From Alphaproteobacteria bacterium (lineage in GTDB: Bacteria > Pseudomonadota > Alphaproteobacteria > SP197), in the NCBI GenBank assembly GCA_964291265.2, contig OZ219746.1, forward strand, positions 96,001 to 160,000: a stretch of DNA of 64,000 nucleotides. Direction: 5' to 3'. Within the stretch, counting starts at the first letter, position 1, and the number at the start of each line of letters is the position of its first letter. Shown in pieces: positions 1 to 10,027 of the stretch. Both the position numbers and the translations under genes were made by a program. The notes beneath the pieces were generated by a model. It made no database searches. It saw nothing but the letters and a program-made list of their open reading frames with translations, and was not told the origin of the DNA.

Positions 1-1256
1 TGCCGAGGCCCGGGACGACGGTGCGCCCCGGATCGAACGGGACGGGCAGAACTGGTTCCGTGTGGCGCCGACGCCGAAGACGATCATGACCTCGCTCGGC
101 CCGGTGACCTTTCGGCGTGCGCGCTATCGCACCGGCGGGCACTGCCGGTCGCTGATGCCGGTGGACGAAAGCCTGGGCCTCGTCGACGACGACCTGACAC
201 GGCCGGCGGCTCAGCTTGGGCTGATGATGATGGTCCACTGCACGGCGCGGGAAGCGGAGGCGTTCTTCGGCAAGCTCGGCGCCATGACGCCGTCTGTGAG
301 CACCTTGCAGCGCTTGAGCCTGACCATGCAGGAGCGTTGGGAACGTCTCGGCCCGCAGGCCCTGGATGGCATCCGGGAAGCCGAGGACATTCCGCAGGAC
401 GCGGTCACCGCCTCGGTCTCGCTCGACGGCGTCATGGTGGCGCTGCGGGCCGGCGAGGACGGCCGTAGCGAGGCCTGCTGGCGCGAGGCGGCCTGTGGCA
501 CAGTCTCCTTCCACGACGCCGACGGTGAGCGCCTGAAGACCGTCTATCTCGGCCGCATGCCCGAGCGCGGCAAGTGCACGCTGAAGGCGCAGCTGGCAAG
601 CGAGGTCGCGCATATCAGGCGCAAGCGTCCCGAGATCAGGATCAGCGCCATCGCCGACGCCGCCGCCGACAACTGGACCTTCCTCTCTGGTCTTGATCCC
701 GAGACCGAGGTGATCGACTTCTGGCATGCCTGCGAGCATCTGCGCGTGGTGGCCGATCATGCAGCGGCGCCCCACTGGTTCGAGAAGTACCGCGAGATCC
801 TGCGTCACGACCCCCGCGGCATCGACAGGGTGATCCGGGCGCTGCGTCACCTTCGCGACACCGCCAAGCCGGCGGGCCGAGCCGACATCGACAGGGAACT
901 GGCCTTCTTCCGCAAGCATCGCCACCGCATGCGCTACCACGCGCTGAAGCAACAGGGGATCGCCATCGGCTCGGGACTTGTCGAGGCGGCCAACAAGACC
1001 CTCGTCACACAGCGCATGAAGCGCTCCGGCATGCGCTGGCGCATCGTCGGCGGACAAGCCGTTCTCACCTTCCGCGCCCTCATCAAATCCGGCCGCTTCG
1101 AAAGCGCGTGGACCGCCATGATCGAGGGCGACAACGCACCAGCCAACGACAACATCAGCCCACATCACACCCCGGCGCTGGCCGCATGAGATGAAACAAT
1201 GGAACTAAGTCCATAACTTAAGACCATAACATAACTGCCATACTAAACTCACACCC
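1..1256 (+). mobile_element. ISKra4/ISLre2-type insertion sequence, 5' end outside the window
   Basis: Transposase ORF is followed by an AT-rich tail ending ...CTAAACTCACACCC (~1256), which resembles a terminal inverted repeat. Confidence 0.7.
62..1189 (+). CDS. ISKra4-family (IS256-like DDE) transposase, probably 5'-partial
   Basis: Motifs SLDGVMV, IADAAADNW, IDFWHACEHL and IGSGLVEAANKTLVTQRMKRSGMRW. Confidence 0.85.
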   Translation: MAPTPKTIMTSLGPVTFRRARYRTGGHCRSLMPVDESLGLVDDDLTRPAAQLGLMMMVHCTAREAEAFFGKLGAMTPSVSTLQRLSLTMQERWERLGPQALDGIREAEDIPQDAVTASVSLDGVMVALRAGEDGRSEACWREAACGTVSFHDADGERLKTVYLGRMPERGKCTLKAQLASEVAHIRRKRPEIRISAIADAAADNWTFLSGLDPETEVIDFWHACEHLRVVADHAAAPHWFEKYREILRHDPRGIDRVIRALRHLRDTAKPAGRADIDRELAFFRKHRHRMRYHALKQQGIAIGSGLVEAANKTLVTQRMKRSGMRWRIVGGQAVLTFRALIKSGRFESAWTAMIEGDNAPANDNISPHHTPALAA

Positions 1257-1260
1257 CTGG

Positions 1261-1285
1261 AAAGCCGCCGTGACGTACCGGCGGC
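1261..1285 (-). terminator. Possible intrinsic terminator downstream of tRNA-Arg
   Basis: GCCGCCG-N8-CGGCGGC hairpin followed by only TTT on the minus strand. Confidence 0.4.
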
Positions 1286-1306
1286 GGGTGCGAATCCGAC
1301 GCCAGG

Positions 1307-1383
1307 TGGCGCACCCGGCAGGACTCGAACCTGCGACCCCAGGATTAGGAATCCTGTGCTCTATCCAGCTGAGCTACGGGTGC
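1307..1383 (-). tRNA. tRNA-Arg(CCT)
   Basis: Reverse complement GCACCCGTAGCTCAGCTGGATAGAGCACAGGATTCCTAATCCTGGGGTCGCAGGTTCGAGTCCTGCCGGGTGCGCCA folds as a cloverleaf with anticodon CCT and a CCA end. Confidence 0.97.
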
Positions 1384-1471
1384 CCATTGCAACATGGCCT
1401 GTCTACCAGAGAGATCGACAGGGTGCCACCGTCCGTGTTTTGCTGTGACATGGCGGACTGTAGGATGACCT

Positions 1472-4400
1472 GTGGAGGGGATCGTCATGCGGCAGCGGGA
1501 CCATCACCAGTTGACGGAACGCATCGACGAGGTGGTGCGTTTGGTGCGAAGCGGTTTCGTGGCCGAGGCCGATCACGTGGTCCGGTTCACGAAGAATTTC
1601 CTTGGCGGGGTCATTGCCGAGGACATCGACGGCGTGTCGACGGAGAACCTCTACGGAGAGGTGGCTTCCCTGTGGCAGTTCTTTCGCCACCGCCGCGTCG
1701 GCGGGGCGAAGGTCCGGGTGTTCGATCCGGACCCCGAGGAGGACGGCTGGCAGTCGACTCACACGGTGATCGAGATTGTCAACGACGACATGCCGTTCCT
1801 CGTGGACTCCGTGGTTGCCGCACTCAACGTACTCGGGGTCCCGGTGCTGCTGCTCATACACCCGGTGATTCATGTCACCCGTGACGGTGAGGGCGTCCTG
1901 ACCGGGATAGACAGCGGACCGGCAGAATCCGTTCTTCACGTCGAGATCACCCAGCAGCCCGTGGAACGTCATCGGGAGATTGCCGAACGGCTGCATCACG
2001 TCCTTGGCCAGGTCCGCGCCGCGGTCGAGGACTGGCATTCCATGGTGGCGTGTCTCGAACGCCACACGGCGGCACTCAAGGCGGCGCCGCCACGCGTGCC
2101 GGCAGGAGAACTTGAGGAAGGTCTTGCCTTCCTGAAGTGGCTGCTGGACGACCATTTTACCTTTCTCGGATACCGGGAGTACCGTTTCGAAAGACGTGAT
2201 GGCGAGGTGTTTGCCCATATCGTGGAGGAGGAGAACCGCGGCATCCTGCGTGAGGTCACCGAGGAAAGCCGCAAGCGTCACGAAGAGGCCTTGCCCCAAC
2301 ACTTCGTGCAGTACCTGGAACACCGGCAGCTCTTCATCATTTCCAAGGCATGGACCCGTTCGGACGTTCACCGGCCGGTCTTCATGGACTACATCGGGCT
2401 GCGCCGATTCAACGGCGCGGGCGAGGTCGTCGGCGAGTACCGCTTCCTCGGTCTGTTGACATCGACCGCCTACCACACCTCGCCATCCCAGATCCCCCTG
2501 TTGCGACGGAAGGTCGCGATGGTGATGGAGCGTTCGGGAGTCACCCCGGGCAGCCACAATGCCAAGGCGCTGGAACACATCCTCGACACGTTTCCGCGCG
2601 ACGAACTGTTCCAGATCGATATCGACACCCTCGAATCCTTCGCCCGCGGCATCCTGCACCTCGAACATCGCCAGCGCATCCGCCTCTTCCTGCGACGGGA
2701 TTCCTATGGCCAGTTCGTCTCCTGCCTCGTCTACATCCCCCGTGAACGTTATTCCACCGGTCTGCGCCACCGGATGGAGGCCATCCTTCTCGAGGAACTC
2801 AATGGCAGTTCAGTGGACGTTCAGACCCAGGTGTCCGATGCGCCGATGGCCCGGGCCCAGTTCATCGTTCACACCCCGGACAAGGACAAGGTCGAAGGCG
2901 AACCAGGCGCCATCGAAAAGCGACTCGCCGCAGCGTCACGGACCTGGGACGACAATCTCCAGGATGCACTGACCGAGGAGTTCGGCGAGGGCCGGGGAGC
3001 CGTCCTCTTTCATCGCTACCGACCGGCGATTCCCGGTGGCTACAAGGAGATGTTCAGCACCCGCCTCGCAGTCGCCGACATCCAGCGCATGGAAACCATG
3101 GGTGACGATGATATCGCGATGAACCTCTATCGCCGTGTCGACGCCGCCGAAGGAGACCTCAACTTCAAGGTCTATCACCGCGGATCAGCGGTGCCGTTGT
3201 CGGGAATCATGCCCATGCTCGAACACATGGGCATGGTGGTCATCGAGGAAGCGCCCTACGAGATCCGCCCTGACGACAGAACGGTGATCTGGATTCACGA
3301 CTTCCGGGTCCAGCTCGAACACGGTTGGCCGGTCGACGTTGCGGAGGTGCGTCAGCGCTTTCACGAGACCTTTGCGCGGGTGTGGTCCGGCGAGATCGAG
3401 GACGACAACTTCAACGATCTCGTCCTCGTCGGCCTCGAATGGCGCCAGGTGGTCATCCTGCGCGCCTATGCCAAGTACCTCATGCAGATCAACGCGCCCT
3501 TCAGCCAGGCCTATGTCGAGCAGACCATGGCGGCGAACCCTGTCATCGTGCGCCTTCTCGTCGATATCTTCGAGACGAAGTTCGATCCCGACAGGCAGGT
3601 CAGGGCTCACGTGCGCGAAACCACCCTGCGCGAGCGCATTCTCGAAGCGCTCGAAGGCGTCGAGTCCCTGGATCAGGACCGCATCCTGCGCCGCTATCTC
3701 AACCTGATCGAGTCGACGCTGCGCACCAACTTCTACCAGACGGATGCCACCGGCGCCCTGAGGTCCTCCGTTTCCTTCAAGTTCGACAGCCAGGCCGTTC
3801 ACGGCCTGCCGGAACCTCGGCCATGGCGGGAGATCTTTGTCTATTCGACCAGGGTCGAGGCCGTTCATCTGCGCGGTGGACCGGTGGCGAGGGGCGGTAT
3901 CCGCTGGTCCGATCGCCTCGAGGACTTCCGTACCGAGGTCCTGGGCCTGGTGAAGGCGCAGATGGTGAAGAATGCGGTGATCGTGCCCGTGGGCTCCAAG
4001 GGGGGCTTTGTCGTCAAGAGGCCACCCCCGGCCAGCGCCGGGCGCGATGCCCTGCAGGCCGAGGGCATCGCCTGCTACCGGACGTTCATGGCCGCCATGC
4101 TTGATGTCACCGACAACATCACCGGTGGCCACGTTGTCTCGAGGGAGCGGCTGATTCGCCATGACGACGACGACCCCTACCTCGTGGTTGCCGCCGACAA
4201 GGGCACGGCAACCTTCTCGGATATTGCCAATGACGTGGCTGCCAGCTACGGCCACTGGCTCGGTGACGCCTTCGCATCGGGAGGATCGGCCGGCTACGAC
4301 CACAAGGCGATGGCGATCACGGCAAAGGGGGCATGGGAGGCCGTTCGCCGCCATTTCCGCGAAATCGGCAAGGACGTCGAGCGCGAGGATTTCACGGTCA

Positions 4401-6280
4401 TCGGCATCGGTGACATGATGGGCGACGTGTTCGGCAACGGCATGCTGCTGTCCCGTCACATCCGCCTCATCGGCGCCTTCAATCACATGCACATCTTCAT
4501 CGATCCGGATCCGAACGCCGAAACCGGCTGGAAGGAACGCAAGCGTCTGTTCGATCTTCCCCGGTCAACCTGGGCCGACTATGACACCGGTTGCCTGAGC
4601 GAAGGCGGCGCCGTCTATGAGCGCAGCGCCAAGTCGGTCACCCTGTCGCCCCAGTGTCGCAAGGCGCTTGGTATTGCCGAGGAGACGCTGACGCCTGCGG
4701 AACTCATCCACGCCATGCTGAAGGCCGAGGTCGAGTTGCTGTGGAACGGCGGCATTGGCACCTATATCAAGGCAGCCCGCGAAAGCCACGCCAGTGTCGG
4801 CGACCGGACCAACGACAGCGTTCGCGTCAATGGTCGCGAGGTGGGTGCCCGGGTGGTGGGTGAGGGTGGCAATCTCGGCGCCACCCAGGCCGGGCGCATC
4901 GAGTACGCGCTCGCCGGCGGACGAATCAACACGGATGCCATCGACAACTCCGGCGGCGTCGACTGCTCGGACCACGAGGTCAACATCAAGATCCTGCTTG
5001 GCGATATCGTCGAGGCTGGCGACATGACGGTCAAGCAGCGTGACCGCCTTCTGGAAAGGATGACCGGCGAGGTGGCCGGACTCGTCCTGCGCAGCAACTA
5101 CCTGCAGACCCAGGCGTTGTCGGTGGCCGAGGCTCAGGGTCCGGCGCTGATCGAGGAACTGGTGCGTCTGATGCGGGCGCTGGAGCACAAGGGCCTTCTC
5201 GACCGCAGGATCGAGGGTCTGCCCGACGACGAGGAACTGGGCGAATGGCGCGCCAGGGGCCGGAACTTCACACGCCCCGAACTTTGCGTGTTGCTGGCCT
5301 GGGCCAAGATGGATCTCTACGCGGAACTTCTTGGTTCGAATCTGCCCGATGATCCGGACCTGCAGGATGATCTGGTCACCTATTTCCCGGTTCCTCTCAG
5401 AAAGGATCACCACGAGCGGATCCGCGATCACAGGCTGCGCCGCGAGATTGTCGCCACGCTCACCACCAATTCCATCATCAATCGCGCCGGCATCACCTTC
5501 GTGCGCCGCCTGGCGGAGGAAACGGGTCACGGTTTCGCCGACATCGCCCGTGCCTATACGGTGGCCCGTGATTCCTTCTCGCTGCGTGAGATCTGGATCG
5601 GCATCGAGGCGCTCGACAACCAGGTTCCCGCCCACGTTCAGTCGGCGATGCTGAACGAGACCATTCTCCTCATTGAGCGGGTCACGGTATGGATGCTCCA
5701 TCACCGTCAGCATCCGATGGCGATCGGAGAGACAACACGCGCCTTTCGCCCCCAGGTCATGGCGCTGAGGGACAATCTTCCCGACCTGGTCAGCAAGCGG
5801 CGCCGGAAATCGATCGGGAGGGCTTACAGGCGCTTTGCCAAGGAAGGTGTGCCCGACGACATCGCCGCGCCGGTGGCGAACCTGCGCACGCTCGCATCGG
5901 CATGCGACGTCATCGAGACGGCCAATGTCATGGAGATCGACGTGATCGACGCCGCCACGGTCTTCTTCGAGGTCGGCGAGACCTTTGGCGCCGACTGGAT
6001 GCGCGATGCGCTGGCGCGCCTGCCGGTGGACAACCGCTGGGATCGTCTCGCCAGGCAGGCTCTCGTCGAGGACAGCTACCTCAAGCAGCGCCGCATCAGC
6101 CTCGCTGTCCTGGCCACGGGCGAGCCCGCACCCGCAGCCACGGCCTGCTGGATCAGGGACAACCAGGCCCGCGTCGCCCGGGCGGGTGCGATCATGAGTG
6201 ATCTCAAGAGCGCTGATTCTCCCGGCAGCTTCGCCATGGCCTCGGTCGCCGCCCGCGCTCTCGCCTCCCTCGCGGAGTGA
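1472..6280 (+). CDS. gdhB: Large NAD-specific glutamate dehydrogenase
   Basis: ~1600 aa; HLRGGPVARGGIRWSDR, VKNAVIVPVGSKGGF, YLVVAADKGTATFSD, GDMMGDVFGNGML. Confidence 0.95.
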   Translation: MEGIVMRQRDHHQLTERIDEVVRLVRSGFVAEADHVVRFTKNFLGGVIAEDIDGVSTENLYGEVASLWQFFRHRRVGGAKVRVFDPDPEEDGWQSTHTVIEIVNDDMPFLVDSVVAALNVLGVPVLLLIHPVIHVTRDGEGVLTGIDSGPAESVLHVEITQQPVERHREIAERLHHVLGQVRAAVEDWHSMVACLERHTAALKAAPPRVPAGELEEGLAFLKWLLDDHFTFLGYREYRFERRDGEVFAHIVEEENRGILREVTEESRKRHEEALPQHFVQYLEHRQLFIISKAWTRSDVHRPVFMDYIGLRRFNGAGEVVGEYRFLGLLTSTAYHTSPSQIPLLRRKVAMVMERSGVTPGSHNAKALEHILDTFPRDELFQIDIDTLESFARGILHLEHRQRIRLFLRRDSYGQFVSCLVYIPRERYSTGLRHRMEAILLEELNGSSVDVQTQVSDAPMARAQFIVHTPDKDKVEGEPGAIEKRLAAASRTWDDNLQDALTEEFGEGRGAVLFHRYRPAIPGGYKEMFSTRLAVADIQRMETMGDDDIAMNLYRRVDAAEGDLNFKVYHRGSAVPLSGIMPMLEHMGMVVIEEAPYEIRPDDRTVIWIHDFRVQLEHGWPVDVAEVRQRFHETFARVWSGEIEDDNFNDLVLVGLEWRQVVILRAYAKYLMQINAPFSQAYVEQTMAANPVIVRLLVDIFETKFDPDRQVRAHVRETTLRERILEALEGVESLDQDRILRRYLNLIESTLRTNFYQTDATGALRSSVSFKFDSQAVHGLPEPRPWREIFVYSTRVEAVHLRGGPVARGGIRWSDRLEDFRTEVLGLVKAQMVKNAVIVPVGSKGGFVVKRPPPASAGRDALQAEGIACYRTFMAAMLDVTDNITGGHVVSRERLIRHDDDDPYLVVAADKGTATFSDIANDVAASYGHWLGDAFASGGSAGYDHKAMAITAKGAWEAVRRHFREIGKDVEREDFTVIGIGDMMGDVFGNGMLLSRHIRLIGAFNHMHIFIDPDPNAETGWKERKRLFDLPRSTWADYDTGCLSEGGAVYERSAKSVTLSPQCRKALGIAEETLTPAELIHAMLKAEVELLWNGGIGTYIKAARESHASVGDRTNDSVRVNGREVGARVVGEGGNLGATQAGRIEYALAGGRINTDAIDNSGGVDCSDHEVNIKILLGDIVEAGDMTVKQRDRLLERMTGEVAGLVLRSNYLQTQALSVAEAQGPALIEELVRLMRALEHKGLLDRRIEGLPDDEELGEWRARGRNFTRPELCVLLAWAKMDLYAELLGSNLPDDPDLQDDLVTYFPVPLRKDHHERIRDHRLRREIVATLTTNSIINRAGITFVRRLAEETGHGFADIARAYTVARDSFSLREIWIGIEALDNQVPAHVQSAMLNETILLIERVTVWMLHHRQHPMAIGETTRAFRPQVMALRDNLPDLVSKRRRKSIGRAYRRFAKEGVPDDIAAPVANLRTLASACDVIETANVMEIDVIDAATVFFEVGETFGADWMRDALARLPVDNRWDRLARQALVEDSYLKQRRISLAVLATGEPAPAATACWIRDNQARVARAGAIMSDLKSADSPGSFAMASVAARALASLAE

Positions 6281-7185
6281 GCCAGGCCTTCCTCCTGGTC
6301 AGCCATCATGAGGATGCCGGCGCCTGGCGGCGGGAACTCCTCGCCCTGGTGCCGGACACGGACTTTCGCGTCTGGCCTGATTCCGCCGATCCCGCAGACA
6401 TCTCCGGAGAACCTTTCGCCGGATTCCCCAACCTTCGCTGCATCGTCTTTCTCGGTCACGGCGCTGGCGACCTGCTCGACCATCCAGCCATGCCCGAAGG
6501 CGTCGACATCGTCCGCCTGCAGGATCCGGGCCTCATCGGAGCCATGGTGGAGTATGTCGTCCTCCACGTTCCGCGCGACCTCAGGATGGAACGGCTCTAC
6601 CGCCGGCAGTAGCGGTCGCGTATGTGTGGCACCAGCACCTTCCCCGCCTCTCAAGGTGAAGTGCATGTCGGTGTCATGGGCCTCGGCTCGACAGGCAGCG
6701 CCATTGCCCGGGCCCTCGCGGACCTGCGTTTCAGGGTGTCGGGCTGGGCGAGGAGCGCACATGACCCTGAAGGCGTGACGTGCCTCCACGGCAGGACGCC
6801 CTTGCCGATTTCCTGAGCGATCTCGACTGCTGCGTCTCGACGCTTCCGCTCACCCGGGAAACGAGAGACCTCATCGATGCCACCACCATCGCCGCCACGA
6901 AGAAGGGGCTCATTTCATCCACATCGGCCGCGGCGCCACCGTGTCGAGGAGGACCTTCTTGCCGCCCTGGAGAACGGTCATCGGTCGGGCGCCACCCCGG
7001 ACGTCTTTCGCGCCGAGCCCCTGCCCCCGGATCATCCCTTCTGGTCCCATCCGGGTGTCACGGTCACACCCCACGAATCCGCCGGCCGCCTCGACGGCTC
7101 GCTCCCGGACATCGCCGGGACCTGGCGACGCCTCCTCGAGGGCCGGCCCTTCATCAATCTCGCCGATCCCCGAAAGGGCTGCTGA
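6277..7185 (+). pseudogene. ghrA: Glyoxylate/hydroxypyruvate reductase A-like 2-hydroxyacid dehydrogenase, disrupted
   Basis: Fragments in different frames (VGVMGLGSTG; [12 protein letters not shown]; [25 protein letters not shown]), with a TAG at 6610-6612 and frameshifts. Confidence 0.8.
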
Positions 7186-7295
7186 GCAGGCACATGGGGT
7201 CGATTGCAAACTGTTCGGCTGCGGGGCAGGATTGGATGGCCGTCAACCGGGATTGTGCCCCATGCAGGCGGCGAGGGGAGGTCGAAGGGCACGGC

Positions 7296-8365
7296 ATGGC
7301 CAGGGGAACACCCAGGAAACAGCAAGGCGGCGCGTCAGCAGGGCGGGACAGCGGCGCGACGACCGGCCATGAGGCCGAGCTGCGGGCGATGGCCGATGCG
7401 CCGCGCGGCTCGACGGACGCGGCGGAATACAAGCATGTCGTTCCTGGCCTGATCTTCCTGAAATACATTTCCGACGCCTTCGAGGCGCGCCATGCGGCGG
7501 TGCTGGCCGAATGGGGCGTCGACGCCGCCGAGGACCGTGACGAAAACACGACCGAGAACATCTTCTGGGTGCCGCCGGACGCCCGCTCAGGGCATCTGAA
7601 GGAGCAGCGCGGCAGCCGACCGCGGGCCAGGCGGTGGACGAGGCGATGGCGGCGGTCGAGCGGGACCATCCCGCGCTCGAAGCCGTGCTGCCGAAGGACT
7701 ATGCCCGTCCGGCCCTCGACAAGCAGCGGCTCGGCCAGCTCATCGACATGATCGGCAACATCCGGGCAGGCGATGCGGAGGCCCGCTCGCGTGATGTGCT
7801 GGGCCGGATCTGCGAGTATCCTCTTCCGGTTCGCGAACGCCGAAGGCAAGAAGGGCGGCAAGTTCTACACTCCGCGCCGCGTCGTTCGGCTGCTGGTCGA
7901 GATGCTGGAGCCGTATCGGGGGCGGGTTTATGACCCGTGCTGCGGCTCGTCCGGCATGGTCGTGCAGTCGGTTGAATTCATCCGCGCCCATGCCACCGGC
8001 AACGGCAATGGCGGCAGGGCACACGGCGATATCTCCATCTGGGGTCAGGAATTCAACTACACGACATGGCGGCGAAGATGAACCTCGCCATCCGCGGCAT
8101 CGAAGGACGCATCGCCCATGGCGACGGCTTCCACAACGACCGCCACCCCGACCTCAAGGCCGACTTCATCCTCGCCAATCCGCCATTCAATGTGAAGGAC
8201 TGGGGCGGCGAACGTCTGGTCGACGACAGGCGCTGGCCATACGGGACCCTACCGCCGCGCAACGCCAACTTCGCCTGGGTGCAGAACATGGTCCACCATC
8301 TGGCGCCCGGCGGCACGGCGGGGATCGTGATCGCTGCTGAGAAGATAGTCGGAGAGGTTGCGTGA
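7296..8365 (+). pseudogene. hsdM: Type I RM modification subunit HsdM, frameshifted and truncated
   Basis: [34 protein letters not shown] and ILANPPFN are spread over several frames; C-terminal half missing. Confidence 0.88.
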
Positions 8366-8852
8366 CCGGCGGCTTGCTCACCGAACCAGATCGGAAGGAA
8401 GGACTGTCCCTGGTCTATGTCAAGGCACTGGCGGTGCGTGCGGGTTTTCTGACCACGGTGCCGGGGCCGGACCGCGACAGCGTCGACCTGCGGATTCAGG
8501 CGGGAGGTACATATCGCCCGGCCCTCGAGTTGCAGCTCAAGGCCACTGCCGGTTTCGACGGGCCGCGAAACGGCTTCTTGCCGTTTCGACTGCCTTTGAA
8601 GAACTACGGTAACTACTCACCCCCTACTGATGACGGATCGTTTTTCCTGACGGGTTCGGATTCGGCATTTTCTCTTGCCGCCTTCACTTGCTCGCTGCCG
8701 ATGATCGGATGTGCGTGTTCCGACTGACAAGAAGCGGATCGATCTTCGGCTTCAGCTCCACGTTCCGGCCTTACATAACCAGGTTTTGTCCCCGTGATGA
8801 TGCAATCATCCACAGCGGTTGGCTGCCTTTCCAATCCTCTGGAGATATGCGC

Positions 8853-8881
8853 TTGACATTGTAGGAGGGGCACTCTACATG
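8853..8881 (+). promoter_or_regulatory. Putative sigma70 promoter for the IS-borne methyltransferase-transposase operon
   Basis: TTGACA-N17-TACATG, conserved in the second copy (minus strand, ~12203-12231). Confidence 0.55.
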
Positions 8882-8912
8882 CAGGCCATCGGGGCGGTTT
8901 GCGTCGGAGATA

Positions 8913-9590
8913 TTGATGGCGGCATGGTACGGATCGAAGGCGACGACGGGTCTGAGCCAGGCGATCGTCGCGGCCATGCCGCCGCATGACGTGTACATCG
9001 AGGCGTTCCTTGGGGGCGGCGCGATCATGAAGCGCAAGCCACCGGCGCTGCGCAGCATCGGCATTGACCTCAACCGCCGGGCGATCGACAGCTTCCGCTG
9101 TGACTATCCGGTGGAGCTTCACCAAGGCTGCGCCCTGCGTTTTCTCGAGACCTTCGCCTTCCAGGGCCGCGAGCTGGTCTACTGCGACCCGCCTTACGTG
9201 CAGTCGACGCGCCGGTCGCAGCGCCGCTACCGCTTCGACTGCACGGACGATGACCATGTTGCGCTCCTCGACATCCTGACGTCGCTGCCCTGCCAGGTGA
9301 TGATCTCCGGCTATCCCTCGCGGCTCTACGACACGCACCTCACCGGCTGGCGCTCGGCCGAGGTCCAGGTCAACAACCAGGCCTGCGTTGTCACCGAGAA
9401 GCTGTGGTTCAACTTCGCACCGGGCCGACCGCACTGGCATACGTGTGCGGGCAGGAACTCGATCGACCGCCAGCGCATCAAGCGCCTCGCAGAGAGCTGG
9501 GCGCGGCGCTACCGGACGATGCCCGAAGGCGAGCGGCTCGCCGTGCTGGCGGCAGTCATGGCGGTGGAGGCGTCGTCATGGCGAGCGTGA
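8913..9590 (+). CDS. DNA adenine methyltransferase (D12/Dam-like), IS66 passenger
   Basis: Y-G-S-K N-terminus, YIEAFLGGGA SAM-binding motif, VYCDPPY catalytic motif. Confidence 0.88.
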   Translation: MMAAWYGSKATTGLSQAIVAAMPPHDVYIEAFLGGGAIMKRKPPALRSIGIDLNRRAIDSFRCDYPVELHQGCALRFLETFAFQGRELVYCDPPYVQSTRRSQRRYRFDCTDDDHVALLDILTSLPCQVMISGYPSRLYDTHLTGWRSAEVQVNNQACVVTEKLWFNFAPGRPHWHTCAGRNSIDRQRIKRLAESWARRYRTMPEGERLAVLAAVMAVEASSWRA

Positions 9591-10027
9591 ACGGCACGTC
9601 TGTGCGCCAGGAGGTCGACGTCTTCCAGAAGCAGTTCCAGGATCTCCGCAAGCAAGGCAAGGTCAACCAGGAGTGCGAGGAGCTCTTCCGCGGCCTGCTG
9701 ATGCTGATAAAGCTGTTGCTGACCGTGCTCATGGAGAAGATCACACGCAAGACGAGCCGGAACTCCGGTCTGCCGCCATCTCAGACTGACAAGGACGAGA
9801 GCGCGAGGCGCACCGGGAGCAACGGCAAGGGCCCGAAGCCGAACCAGCAGACGGGCGACAACCTGCGCACGACCACCGTCGAGGAGACGATCGTCGTTGA
9901 TGCCTGCGACGCCTGCGGCGCCGACCTCCACGACGTTGACCCCGTCGACCGGGAGTGCCGCGTCCTCTACGACATCGTGTTCGAAGTCGTCGAGCGCCGC
10001 GTCGAAGCCGAGATCAAGGGTAACTAC

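Noticed and set aside
1205-1240. Short CATAAC repeats
   Set aside because: Too short and irregular for a CRISPR array or iterons; they lie inside the IS end.
1270-1884. 204-aa ORF overlapping tRNA-Arg and gdh
   Set aside because: Shadow ORF; AHPAGLEPAT is the translated antisense of the tRNA.
6610-6612. In-frame TAG in ghrA as possible recoding
   Set aside because: Additional frameshifts and deletions show ordinary decay, and no pyrrolysine machinery is seen.
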